Origin: Candidatus Woesearchaeota archaeon
GTDB taxonomy: Archaea > Nanobdellota > Nanobdellia > Pacearchaeales > GW2011-AR1
Length of the DNA stretch: 55,264 nt
Direction: 5' to 3'
NCBI GenBank assembly: GCA_964530955.1
Contig: CAZHCL010000004.1
Span: 1 to 55,264 of the forward strand
This document shows positions 28,028-36,380 of this stretch, piece by piece. A program made the position numbers and the translations under genes. The number at the start of each line of letters is the position of its first letter. Within the stretch, counting starts at the first letter, position 1. Under the pieces are notes generated by a model, which searched no databases, was not told where the DNA came from, and worked only from the letters and a program-made list of their open reading frames with translations.

Positions 28028-28654
28028 ATGACAAGCAGAGAAGAATTTGAAAAAGTATATTCTGAACCAGGGGCAAGATGGACTATGGAAGAACCGCCAG
28101 CCATCTTAAGAGAGTTAGTAGAAAAAAGAATAGTCTTGCCTTGTGAGACTCTAGATATTGCTTGCGGAGAAGGAATGTATGGGATTTATCTAGCAAGAAA
28201 AGGATTTGATGTGACTGGAATAGACTTTTCTGAAAAAGCAATAGAATATGCTAAGCAAAACGCAGAAAAAGCAAAAGTCAAAGTTAAATTCATTAATTTA
28301 GATGTAACAAATCTGGCCCAGATTAGGAGAAAATTTGATTTTGCACTAGAATGGGGGCTATTACATCATTTAACACAGGATGAATTAGTTAGTTATATTC
28401 CAAAAGTCTCTGAAACGTTAAGAAAAGGAGGGTTGTATTTGACTGCCTCTTTTAATATCAACAGCCCAGAATACGGAAAACCTGGTCAAAGATATAGAGA
28501 AACTCCAATCGGAACAAAACTATTTTACCGTTCTCAGCAAGAGCTAATAGAATTATTTGAACCTCACTTTGATATAATAAGAAAAGAAATATCTCCTCTT
28601 GCAGGAAAAGGAATCTCTCAGCCAGGAAATATTTTTCTAATGAGAAAAAAGTAA
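28028..28654 (+). CDS. Class I SAM-dependent methyltransferase (TPMT/TehB-like)
   Basis: LDIACGEG, VTGIDFS..AIE.A, FDFALEWG..HH. Confidence 0.9.
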   Translation: MTSREEFEKVYSEPGARWTMEEPPAILRELVEKRIVLPCETLDIACGEGMYGIYLARKGFDVTGIDFSEKAIEYAKQNAEKAKVKVKFINLDVTNLAQIRRKFDFALEWGLLHHLTQDELVSYIPKVSETLRKGGLYLTASFNINSPEYGKPGQRYRETPIGTKLFYRSQQELIELFEPHFDIIRKEISPLAGKGISQPGNIFLMRKK

Positions 28655-28701
28655 TTTAACATTCTAAAAACCTATTTAAACGCCCTATCTTATCTCCTAA
28701 T

Positions 28702-29559
28702 ATGAGAATAAGATATTCATTTTCTTCGAGAATGACAAGAGTAGCAAGGGCATCACACAGCAATAGCCATAGAATAGCTTACCCTAAACTTGCAAGAGAT
28801 GTTATCAGAATATCTGACATTGTTCTTGAAGTGCTGGATGCAAGGTTTATCAATAAAACAAGAAATATTCCTATGGAAGATTTAGTAAAAAAAGAAGGAA
28901 AAATACTTATTTATATAATTAATAAGAGCGATCTTGTAAGTTCCAGTTTTCTAAGAGATAGCGAAGAGCTGAAAAACCTAAGACCTTTCGTAATTTATTC
29001 TTGCAAGTCTCCTCTAGGAAGAAAGCAATTGCGTTTAATGTTAAAAATAATGGTTAAAAGAGGAAAGTTTTCCCAAAAACATGCCAAAGCGCATATAGGA
29101 ATAATAGGATATCCAAACACAGGCAAGAGTACTCTTATTAATACTCTAGCAGGCGGAGGAAAAGCATCAGCCGCTCCTGAATCAGGATTTACTAAAGGAA
29201 TTCATAGAATAAGATTTAGCAAAGACATCATAATTCTTGATACACCTGGAGTTTTCAAAGAAACTGAAAATGTAGAAGTCAATTCTGCAGATTTGAAAAA
29301 ACAGGCAGAAATAGGAATCAGAGGAGCGCATTCAGTGAAAGCGCCTTTCTTTGTAGTGCATCAATTAGTCACAGAAAATCCCGGTTTATTTGAATCATTC
29401 TATGGCATAGACGTAAAAGGAGATACAAGCATCCTCATTGAAGAGCTTGGAAGAAAAAAGGGATTCATAAGAAAAGGGAATACTTCTGATGTGGATAAGA
29501 CTGCACGTTATATTCTTGAGGACTGGCAGGCAGGTAAGATCAAGAAGAAAAAGGCTTAA
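28702..29559 (+). CDS. Circularly permuted ribosome-biogenesis GTPase (RbgA/YlqF family)
   Basis: EVLDAR, NKSD (G4) precedes GYPNTGKS (G1) and DTPG (G3). Confidence 0.9.
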   Translation: MRIRYSFSSRMTRVARASHSNSHRIAYPKLARDVIRISDIVLEVLDARFINKTRNIPMEDLVKKEGKILIYIINKSDLVSSSFLRDSEELKNLRPFVIYSCKSPLGRKQLRLMLKIMVKRGKFSQKHAKAHIGIIGYPNTGKSTLINTLAGGGKASAAPESGFTKGIHRIRFSKDIIILDTPGVFKETENVEVNSADLKKQAEIGIRGAHSVKAPFFVVHQLVTENPGLFESFYGIDVKGDTSILIEELGRKKGFIRKGNTSDVDKTARYILEDWQAGKIKKKKA

Positions 29560-30269
29560 TCTTTATTTCTCCTATAGAATGAAATTATTCCAAATATAGC
29601 AATTACAACGGCTATAGAAAATAATGTCCAATTATAACTGGAAGGAGAGTAACTAGAAACTAATGCAATGAACTGCGAATTGTTTTCAAGCGTTAAGAAA
29701 GAACTTCCAAATCCATTCTTGAAAATTAAAGCCCCATAGTCATAAAGCCAAGAGTAAAGAGTAAGGATTGATGCAATAATGAAAGCAGTCCATTCTATTC
29801 CTGATATTTTAACAGGTTTTACCTTGTCTTCAAAATGAATTATCAGCAAAGCAAAGACTATGAAAAGAAGTGAGCAAATAACTGGAGCAATAACTGGACC
29901 TATCCAAGGCCAAGGAATTAAAAATAACAAATCCCAGGTTAAAAGAGAGGAAGGCCAATTGATAGTCAATTTCAAAAATACATAGTAAAATATGTCCCAT
30001 ACTGCAAATGCATAAAGAAAGTAAGCAAATCTGACATAAAACTTTTTAGCAGCAAGATATCCTACCGCCGCAAGCATCACAATTGTAGCAAATTCTCTAA
30101 TCCATTCTATATTTAAAATCGAAGGCTCAATGAAACCAATAAGAGGGAAACTAAATCCGTTAGGATAAAATAGTTTTCTGAGATAAATGACAATTACTGC
30201 CTCAAGAAAGCCCATTGCAATGGCATAAATGCTTACAGCAAGAACTTTGTTTACACTCTCTCTTTTCAT
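29556..30269 (-). CDS. Conserved membrane protein
   Basis: AIAMGFLEAVIVIYLR...REFATIVML...WDIFYY...WDLLFLIPWPW motifs; multiple TMs. Confidence 0.75.
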   Translation of the reverse strand: MKRESVNKVLAVSIYAIAMGFLEAVIVIYLRKLFYPNGFSFPLIGFIEPSILNIEWIREFATIVMLAAVGYLAAKKFYVRFAYFLYAFAVWDIFYYVFLKLTINWPSSLLTWDLLFLIPWPWIGPVIAPVICSLLFIVFALLIIHFEDKVKPVKISGIEWTAFIIASILTLYSWLYDYGALIFKNGFGSSFLTLENNSQFIALVSSYSPSSYNWTLFSIAVVIAIFGIISFYRRNKD

Positions 30270-30323
30270 TAAATTTTTAGGTTTTAAGAATATTTAAGAT
30301 TATCTTATATCAATATTTAACTA

Positions 30324-30686
30324 TTACTTTCTCTGAACATAATTTCCTTTAGGATTTTGGTAAAATATTGATCCTCTAAAAGCTTCCCCTTCTTTAAATA
30401 AAGGTGATTGATAAGCCTGATTAAGTATGGCTGAGAGCTCATCTGCAGTTTTTCTGTTAGTGTCATTTGGAATTTCAGCCTTTAGATAATACCTAACATT
30501 CGCTTCTCTGGCTTCTTGAACCATTCCTTCTTTTAAGAATAATTCTAGATTTGACGGAGAGTTTACTGCATGTCTTAGATGAGGAAGCTCATCTTGAATC
30601 TGTTGATAAGAAGAAGAGCAATGAAAGAAAGCATATGCCTCGCCCTTCCCACCTTTTTTATCTTTTATCATATTAATTATAGGCAT
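30324..30686 (-). CDS. Hypothetical protein
   Basis: Intact 120-aa ORF. Confidence 0.6.
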   Translation of the reverse strand: MPIINMIKDKKGGKGEAYAFFHCSSSYQQIQDELPHLRHAVNSPSNLELFLKEGMVQEAREANVRYYLKAEIPNDTNRKTADELSAILNQAYQSPLFKEGEAFRGSIFYQNPKGNYVQRK

Positions 30687-30815
30687 AACAAGTATTTAAA
30701 CTTATCTAGATGTTACTACTTTAAAGATACATTATTATTTATTTTCCCCACACAAACTATCAAAATTATAAAATAAGCACTAAAAGATGTAATTTATCTA
30801 TCAAATAAAGCAAGA

Positions 30816-30968
30816 TTATCTTCTTTTCTTCTTCTTAGAATGCCTAGACCTTGCAAGCCAAGATTTCAACTTTCTAATCTTAGAAGCCTTACTCTTACCG
30901 CTTGCAGATCTTCCCTTCTTAGAAGCAACTTTAGTCTTCTTTGCACTTCTTGTTTTCTTTTTTGCCAT
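30816..30968 (-). CDS. 50-aa K/R-rich basic peptide, not in the ORF track
   Basis: MAKKKTRSAKKTKVASKKGRSASGKSKASKIRKLKSWLARSRHSKKKKRR*; 24 of 50 residues are K/R and none are acidic. Confidence 0.7.
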   Translation of the reverse strand: MAKKKTRSAKKTKVASKKGRSASGKSKASKIRKLKSWLARSRHSKKKKRR

Positions 30969-30979
30969 TTATGAATATA

Positions 30980-31204
30980 GCTGGTATCTCGGACTCAGTG
31001 AAGAAAGTTCCTTAAACACTCCCCTGAACAAATCTTGACCTGTTGGTGCGCTTTAAAGGTTATCTTCTTCGCTCTTGATGACAAGCTTAACATGTGTAGG
31101 TTTCATATAGTGAGTTATAGTCCGATCACCATACTAATAGTCGCACACATGACAGAGGCAGCATCAGTAGCATCCTTTCCAGGACAACTGCTAATGACAC
31201 CAGC
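30980..31204 (-). ncRNA. Candidate structured non-coding RNA of unknown family (~225 nt)
   Basis: Terminal 9-bp helix GCUGGUGUC/GAUACCAGC; GGAA-capped hairpin; interleaved helices CAUGUGU/ACACAUG and UCGGACU/AGUCCGA; 44% GC by hand count; G-U pairs favour the minus strand. Confidence 0.65.
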
Positions 31205-31225
31205 AAATATAGATGCTAAAATATG

Positions 31226-31236
31226 CTTATATATTT
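31226..31236 (-). promoter_or_regulatory. TATA box for the candidate ncRNA/basic-peptide unit
   Basis: Minus-strand AAATATATAAG lies 22-32 nt upstream of the first base of the terminal helix, which is archaeal spacing. Confidence 0.55.
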
Positions 31237-31272
31237 GATTGGCTACTATAAAATTACAGCATTTAGCTAAAT

Positions 31273-31947
31273 TCAATAAGCTTGTTTCAATACATCAAGT
31301 ATATCTTTATCAAGAGTAGGACACCCTCCGCCTATAGCAGTCATAATGCTCTTCGCCTTTGTTGTATGCCCAAATCCAAGAGTATGCAATAGCTCATGTA
31401 TCTCAGTATCTGGATAAATTAAACATCCTCCAGGATAATTATGAGAAAGTTCATTTACTTTATTGAAATTAATTACTGCAGAGACTATTTTATTATCTGC
31501 AAAGATTGGAAGAGCGTTACCTGATTCAAAAGTTCCAGAAGTAGAGCCAGCAACATAATTTCTGTTACACATTACGCTTATATCTGCACTTCCATTGACT
31601 TCAGTAAAATTAACTGCATAATCAGTATCATTAGCTATAATATTTGTTGCTCTTCTTATTCTGTTTCCTTCATAGTTGCCACAATCAGAGGTTATGTTGA
31701 ATGAAATAGGCATATGATCCCAAGTAAATAAACTAGAACCTGTTAAGAATGTTCCTCCATTCTTAATCCAGTCTGAATTAGTGAAAGAATTATCCTGTGC
31801 ATTTGTAGTTTGATTTGCATTAACTAAAGAATCACTTCCAGTAGAAGAGTTATTTTTACCTTTATTTATTGTTTCAAAATAAAGCACAGCAGATAATATT
31901 AAAATAAAGACTAACAAAAATGTTAAGTATTTCCAAACCCCTTTCAT
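31273..31947 (-). CDS. Membrane-anchored matrixin/metzincin metalloprotease
   Basis: HELLHTLGFGH (HExxHxxGxxH) plus SIM Met-turn; N-terminal TM. Confidence 0.88.
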   Translation of the reverse strand: MKGVWKYLTFLLVFILILSAVLYFETINKGKNNSSTGSDSLVNANQTTNAQDNSFTNSDWIKNGGTFLTGSSLFTWDHMPISFNITSDCGNYEGNRIRRATNIIANDTDYAVNFTEVNGSADISVMCNRNYVAGSTSGTFESGNALPIFADNKIVSAVINFNKVNELSHNYPGGCLIYPDTEIHELLHTLGFGHTTKAKSIMTAIGGGCPTLDKDILDVLKQAY

Positions 31948-31984
31948 TGAGCTAATTACTCTTTAATATATTTAAATCTGCGTT

Positions 31985-32533
31985 TTATGTCGGCTCAAGA
32001 AGCACACCATTTTTTGATACTTCCATTTCCGTACATTGACTACGATTAAAACAGCAGGCAGTTCTCTTTCCTGCTTTGAGTTTCGAGAAAGTCTTTTCAA
32101 TTCTTATTTTGCGTGTTTCTGGATTTTTGGTCGCGTTTATCCAGCGAATCCAATCCCAGCGAGCATTTGGTGTAATGTCTTCCCAGAATTCTCGCGCCTT
32201 TAAGTCATCAGAGAGAGCTTTTTTCAAATCTGCTGGAACGATAGGTTCTGGCCATTCCTTAACAGGTTCTATCGCCAGCGCTACAGTATTCCCTAATTTT
32301 GCTCGAGCACCTTCGAGCAGTTTTTTGTCTAAATTTAACCAATGGCTTCCCTTACCATCTGGCTCAAGAGGAGATTGAAAGTTAAAACTATTGACAGTTC
32401 CATTAACCATAGTCATGCCTCGTGATGGAAGCTTAGCACTTGCACTCCTAGGCAGTCGGATAATTGTCCATGAGCCTATTTTAGAAATTTCAGCTTTAAA
32501 ATTAATTTTTGTCATATTAAACTGAAAAGCCAT
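31985..32533 (-). CDS. DUF1905 + YdeI/OmpD-associated domain protein
   Basis: LPSRG...V.GT.N....S.L.PDG.G.HW; P.DL..AL.......WE.ITP.AR.DWIRWI..TK..ETR..RI. Confidence 0.85.
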   Translation of the reverse strand: MAFQFNMTKINFKAEISKIGSWTIIRLPRSASAKLPSRGMTMVNGTVNSFNFQSPLEPDGKGSHWLNLDKKLLEGARAKLGNTVALAIEPVKEWPEPIVPADLKKALSDDLKAREFWEDITPNARWDWIRWINATKNPETRKIRIEKTFSKLKAGKRTACCFNRSQCTEMEVSKNGVLLEPT

Positions 32534-32577
32534 CTAAATTTTATAAATCTTCTGATTCTTTGGTCTATTTATTAAAA

Positions 32578-32730
32578 TCCCCTCACCGAGAGTCGAACTT
32601 GGGTGTTCCGGGTTCTGTCACTTGCTTGTAACCAAGCAGGTCCTGTCACGCTTCATCCTTTTCCCGTTCGGGAATGTCTGCGCTAGGCAATTGCCTACAG
32701 CCGGACGCTCTACCGTTGAGCTATGAGGGG
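32578..32730 (-). tRNA. tRNA-Tyr(GTA) with an 82-nt intron at 37/38 (intron 32694-32613)
   Basis: CCCCTCA/TGAGGGG acceptor stem + A73; GCTC/GAGC D stem; TCCGG/CCGGA anticodon stem; CT-GTA-G loop; TTCGACT T loop; BHB CTGT/ACAG. Confidence 0.92.
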
Positions 32731-32844
32731 TATTTATAGACATTAAAATGATTTTTTAAATGTTTGTTATGCTCTACTATTCAATTATCTAAACTTGTAT
32801 TCAGTTACCAGTAAGTTTAAAAGTAAACAAGAATTAAAAAGCCC

Positions 32845-33282
32845 GTGGCAAGATTAGATATTCAGACCTTAAACAAGTTGAAAGCTATTAGCGCAAGACA
32901 AACAGAGGAGTATAAAGAAGCATTATCAAAATATCATTTCTTAGCTGAAACCCATCGCTTTGCCAGCACTTCTGCTCTTAAAAAAGATTTGGTTTATTCT
33001 TATCCAGGAATAGCTGCTCAGATTTTCTACCATTTTGATGACAAAGAAATTGGAGGTCTTCTTGTAAAAAATTATTCTGAACATTTTGATGGTAAATTAA
33101 GGGAACTTGCTGTGGGAGTTAGACAAGTCTTAAAGAAAAGAGAAATAGAAAATAACTCATTAGAAAGAGTTTTAGGAATAAAGGCTATACCTATTATGAA
33201 TGGAGACGCTAATGATGAAGTTACTGAGGGATTTATTGAAAACTGTCAAAAATCTCTTGAAAGTGAAGCTTATTCGTTATAA
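32845..33282 (+). CDS. Hypothetical protein
   Basis: Intact ORF with GTG start; TTTAAAA upstream. Confidence 0.6.
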   Translation: MARLDIQTLNKLKAISARQTEEYKEALSKYHFLAETHRFASTSALKKDLVYSYPGIAAQIFYHFDDKEIGGLLVKNYSEHFDGKLRELAVGVRQVLKKREIENNSLERVLGIKAIPIMNGDANDEVTEGFIENCQKSLESEAYSL

Positions 33283-33309
33283 TTAATTAACTTTTTCCAA
33301 AATCAAAAT

Positions 33310-33338
33310 AAAAAAAGGGCTGCCTATAGAACAGCCCT
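33310..33338 (-). terminator. Hairpin + T-tract terminator between convergent genes
   Basis: AGGGCTG-N9-CAGCCCT stem, followed on the minus strand by a T run. Confidence 0.5.
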
Positions 33339-33369
33339 GGCTGATATACTTCTACTTTGCGCTGCCTAA

Positions 33370-33675
33370 TCAATCCAATTTCAATTCCAAATCTGCAAAA
33401 CCCTTGTCTGGTCTTCTAAATTCATTGCCTCTGGCTTCGTGCGTGTTTGTAAAGCTAAAGTTAAGGAAATGCTCATCATAGACATTTCTCATGACTCTTA
33501 CAGCTCTCGCCCGCGCATCTTCAAGACTGGTGCCATGCACATACATGTTACCAGTTGAGACCTTTGTATATGGAACCGGTTTTCCGTCAGCATATTCCAT
33601 AACTGTCTCATCAAGGCAGACAACGCTCATTGCGACTTTCCACAACGGAACTTTCGGCATTATTTGCTTTGTCAT
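33370..33675 (-). CDS. Hypothetical protein
   Basis: Intact 101-aa ORF preceded by CAGGAGG. Confidence 0.6.
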   Translation of the reverse strand: MTKQIMPKVPLWKVAMSVVCLDETVMEYADGKPVPYTKVSTGNMYVHGTSLEDARARAVRVMRNVYDEHFLNFSFTNTHEARGNEFRRPDKGFADLELKLD

Positions 33676-33869
33676 TTTTCCTCCTGAGTGATTTAATTAA
33701 TTAGGTAAGGAAAAATCAAAGTTTATTCTTTGTCAATATCTTTCTTGGATAAAATAGCACTCAATAGCACTCCAGATAAACACATAACAGGATATATCAT
33801 ATATCTACACTAGTGAGGATATACGAAAGATTCATAAATATATTTTACCTAGGAATTAAGGAGTGTCCA

Positions 33870-34868
33870 ATGAAACGTAAGATAATAAAGCAAGGGCATA
33901 ACACCCTCACATTAACTCTACCAAGAACCTGGACGAAGAAGCTTAATCTGAAAGCTGGAGACGAAGTCGACCTTTACGAAAACGATGTTAGTCTGATAGT
34001 TAATGGTCATCAGAACAACAGAGAGCAGTGCTGCGTAATTGACATAAAAAACTTCACGATTCCTCTTCTCTGGAGATATTTCCAATCAGCCTACAGGTCA
34101 GGTTGCACGGAAATAAAAGTTATTTTCGATAAGGAAAAAGATGAGTATGAAGATGCATTTCATTATTACACCACCCAGTTCGACTACGCAGAGTTTGGGG
34201 AGAAAATACCTCCAAAATCAGCCAAAGCTATGATTCAGGAGGTTGTGAGCAGATTCATAGGAATAGAGATGGTAGAAACGAACAAAGGATATTGTATAAT
34301 AAAAGAGATGGGGGAGCCAAGTTCTAAAGAATTTGAAAGCTCTTTAAGAAGAATATTCTTAGTAATATTTGAGTTGTTCGACAGGATAATAGAAGCGATA
34401 GAAAAAAATGAGGTCAACGACGTTAGTTTGTGTAAGGAAATTCACAATATAGACCTCAATATAGACAAATTTGTAGATTATTGCTGCAGAATTTTAAATA
34501 AAATAAATGGCGTAGTGCCAGATAACAAGAAACAGCTATTATTCTCAAGTTTATTCATTCTTGAATTGATAGGTGATGAATTCAAGTATATAGCAAAACA
34601 TCTCGCCCTAACAAAAAGAAATGTTAAGGATTGTTTGGAGCCTGCAAAAATAACGAGAGAGCACTTCGATATATATTACAATCTTTATTACAAGTTTGAC
34701 AGAGAAACAGCAATAAAATTCGGAGACAGCGATATAAATGTTTACAAGAAAAATACCAATGCGAAACATAAAACTCAGGGAGAATCAAGAAGCATACTTA
34801 GGCATTTAATGCTCATAAGCAAACTCACTCTCGCCTTAGCAGAACTCAGAATACAGATGGAATTTTAG
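33870..34868 (+). CDS. AbrB-domain + PhoU-like phosphate-uptake regulator
   Basis: MKRKIIKQG..TLTLTLP..W.....LKAGDEV (AbrB), then PhoU-like helical repeats (D..IDKF..YC.R). Start moved to 33870, behind AAGGAG. Confidence 0.85.
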   Translation: MKRKIIKQGHNTLTLTLPRTWTKKLNLKAGDEVDLYENDVSLIVNGHQNNREQCCVIDIKNFTIPLLWRYFQSAYRSGCTEIKVIFDKEKDEYEDAFHYYTTQFDYAEFGEKIPPKSAKAMIQEVVSRFIGIEMVETNKGYCIIKEMGEPSSKEFESSLRRIFLVIFELFDRIIEAIEKNEVNDVSLCKEIHNIDLNIDKFVDYCCRILNKINGVVPDNKKQLLFSSLFILELIGDEFKYIAKHLALTKRNVKDCLEPAKITREHFDIYYNLYYKFDRETAIKFGDSDINVYKKNTNAKHKTQGESRSILRHLMLISKLTLALAELRIQMEF

Positions 34869-34870
34869 AA

Positions 34871-35143
34871 TTACTTTTTCTTTCTTGGACTTTGCTTTTC
34901 AGAGCTTATTACTTTTGAAGCTTGCATCATATTCAAGGCAGGCTCAACCTCTCTTGAAAGCATTCTTATTTCAGCAAGGTCAAGCTCAACTATTCCTGAA
35001 CTACTTTTTCCCTTGAAGCAGAGAGCAACAGAATTTCCTCCAGGGCTCAATAAATCGCCTTTGATTATAACTTCCTTCAGATTACCAGAAGTCTCAAGCC
35101 TTACAATTCCGTCAGAATTCTGCTTTTTTACTTTGACATGCAT
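34871..35143 (-). CDS. Hypothetical protein
   Basis: Intact 90-aa ORF. Confidence 0.6.
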   Translation of the reverse strand: MHVKVKKQNSDGIVRLETSGNLKEVIIKGDLLSPGGNSVALCFKGKSSSGIVELDLAEIRMLSREVEPALNMMQASKVISSEKQSPRKKK

Positions 35144-35277
35144 AAAAAAGCGAGCATTATCTGCTTTAAAATGATATATGCCAAAAAATATGAAGATTCA
35201 ATCATATGCTTTACAGTTCAATTAAAATAGAATTATTATTCATAAGGTTTAAATATCCTGATTCTGAGGATAGTCGA

Positions 35278-35718
35278 ATGAGCAGTAAAACTTTGTGGAT
35301 AGGTGTTGTCATTGCAGCGATTATAATTATTGCTGGAGCATTTATTTATTCTCACAATTCAAGCTCTGTTCAAAGTTCTCAGAATTCAGGTTCATCCCAA
35401 GGCTCAGATTCAGGAGTATCAACAGTTACTTCAGAATCAAGTTCTTCGGCAGGAAACATAACTGAAAAAGTTATTACAATTGATGCTTCAAGATTCCAGT
35501 TTAACCCAAATAGCATTACCGTAAATCAGGGAGATCATGTAAAGATAATAGTTAACAATATGGACACAACTCATGGAATAGCCATTCCTGATTTCAATGT
35601 CGTAGGAATAGATTCTGTTGAATTCGTTGCTGATAAGACTGGCACATTCCCATTCCATTGCCCAACAATCTGTGGCTCAGGTCACAGAAGCATGACTGGC
35701 ACATTGATTGTCAAGTAA
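35278..35718 (+). CDS. Membrane-anchored cupredoxin with CuA-type ligand set
   Basis: N-terminal TM, Ser-rich linker, DTTHG ... FHCPTICGSGHRSM (H..Cx3Cx3Hx2M). Start moved to 35278. Confidence 0.85.
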   Translation: MSSKTLWIGVVIAAIIIIAGAFIYSHNSSSVQSSQNSGSSQGSDSGVSTVTSESSSSAGNITEKVITIDASRFQFNPNSITVNQGDHVKIIVNNMDTTHGIAIPDFNVVGIDSVEFVADKTGTFPFHCPTICGSGHRSMTGTLIVK

Positions 35719-35721
35719 ATA

Positions 35722-36321
35722 ATGACTAAAAATAAGTCTTTGCTATACGCATTAATATTTATCTTTCTTATAGCTTTGATAATCGTTCTGATTTTTAACT
35801 TATCCCCAAAGAAAAACACTTCAATAATAGGAAACCAGAATATATTAACTGAGATAAATCGCCTATTAGGATTAAATTATTATCAAAATATAACTGTATC
35901 TGATTTTGAAAAGATAAAAGCAATGGTAAAAGGAGATGATTATGCAACTAATGAATTAAATGAGCTTGTCCTACTTGCAAAATATAAGGAATATTCACAT
36001 ATAGGTCATGGTTTAGGCTTTATTTATGAATATGTAAAAACAGGCAATCAATCCATTTGCCCAGGTCATTCACTTTCTCATTACTATGTCTTTCTAAGGC
36101 ATGGAGAAAACAGCTCAGCCCAGAATAATTTGCAAGAGGCAGAATCAAATTTCCCTGTCTGGCAATCAGCTGAGCAATCAAAGAACAAGACATATCTTTC
36201 AGATATAAATTATACTTATTATAATTTATTGATTAATTCCAGTATTCAGAATATTAATTTGGGAAATTCCAGTGCAAGTGATGATTATATTTCTAACTTG
36301 TCAGATGCTCCATGTGTGTAA
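35722..36321 (+). CDS. Membrane-anchored hypothetical protein with His/Cys clusters
   Basis: N-terminal TM; YSHIGHG and CPGHSLSHYY; begins 3 nt after the cupredoxin stop. Confidence 0.65.
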   Translation: MTKNKSLLYALIFIFLIALIIVLIFNLSPKKNTSIIGNQNILTEINRLLGLNYYQNITVSDFEKIKAMVKGDDYATNELNELVLLAKYKEYSHIGHGLGFIYEYVKTGNQSICPGHSLSHYYVFLRHGENSSAQNNLQEAESNFPVWQSAEQSKNKTYLSDINYTYYNLLINSSIQNINLGNSSASDDYISNLSDAPCV

Positions 36322-36380
36322 GAAAAAAACAAGTATTCTAACCCAATTAATTATTTAAATCGACCAAAGAGTAAATTTTA

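Noticed and set aside
30980-31204. RNase P, SRP or group I intron identity for the structured RNA
   Set aside because: + strand GAAGAAAGTTCC resembles RNase P CR-I but lacks P3 and a matching P4 3' strand. There is no SRP domain IV loop. The X/Y pseudoknot order resembles group I P3/P7, but there is no room for P4-P6 and no P9 or terminal G. Only judged by eye; an Infernal search is still needed.
31035-31238. 67-aa + strand ORF from the track
   Set aside because: It lies antisense to the structured RNA, starts with TTG, runs through the minus-strand TATA box and has no recognisable features.
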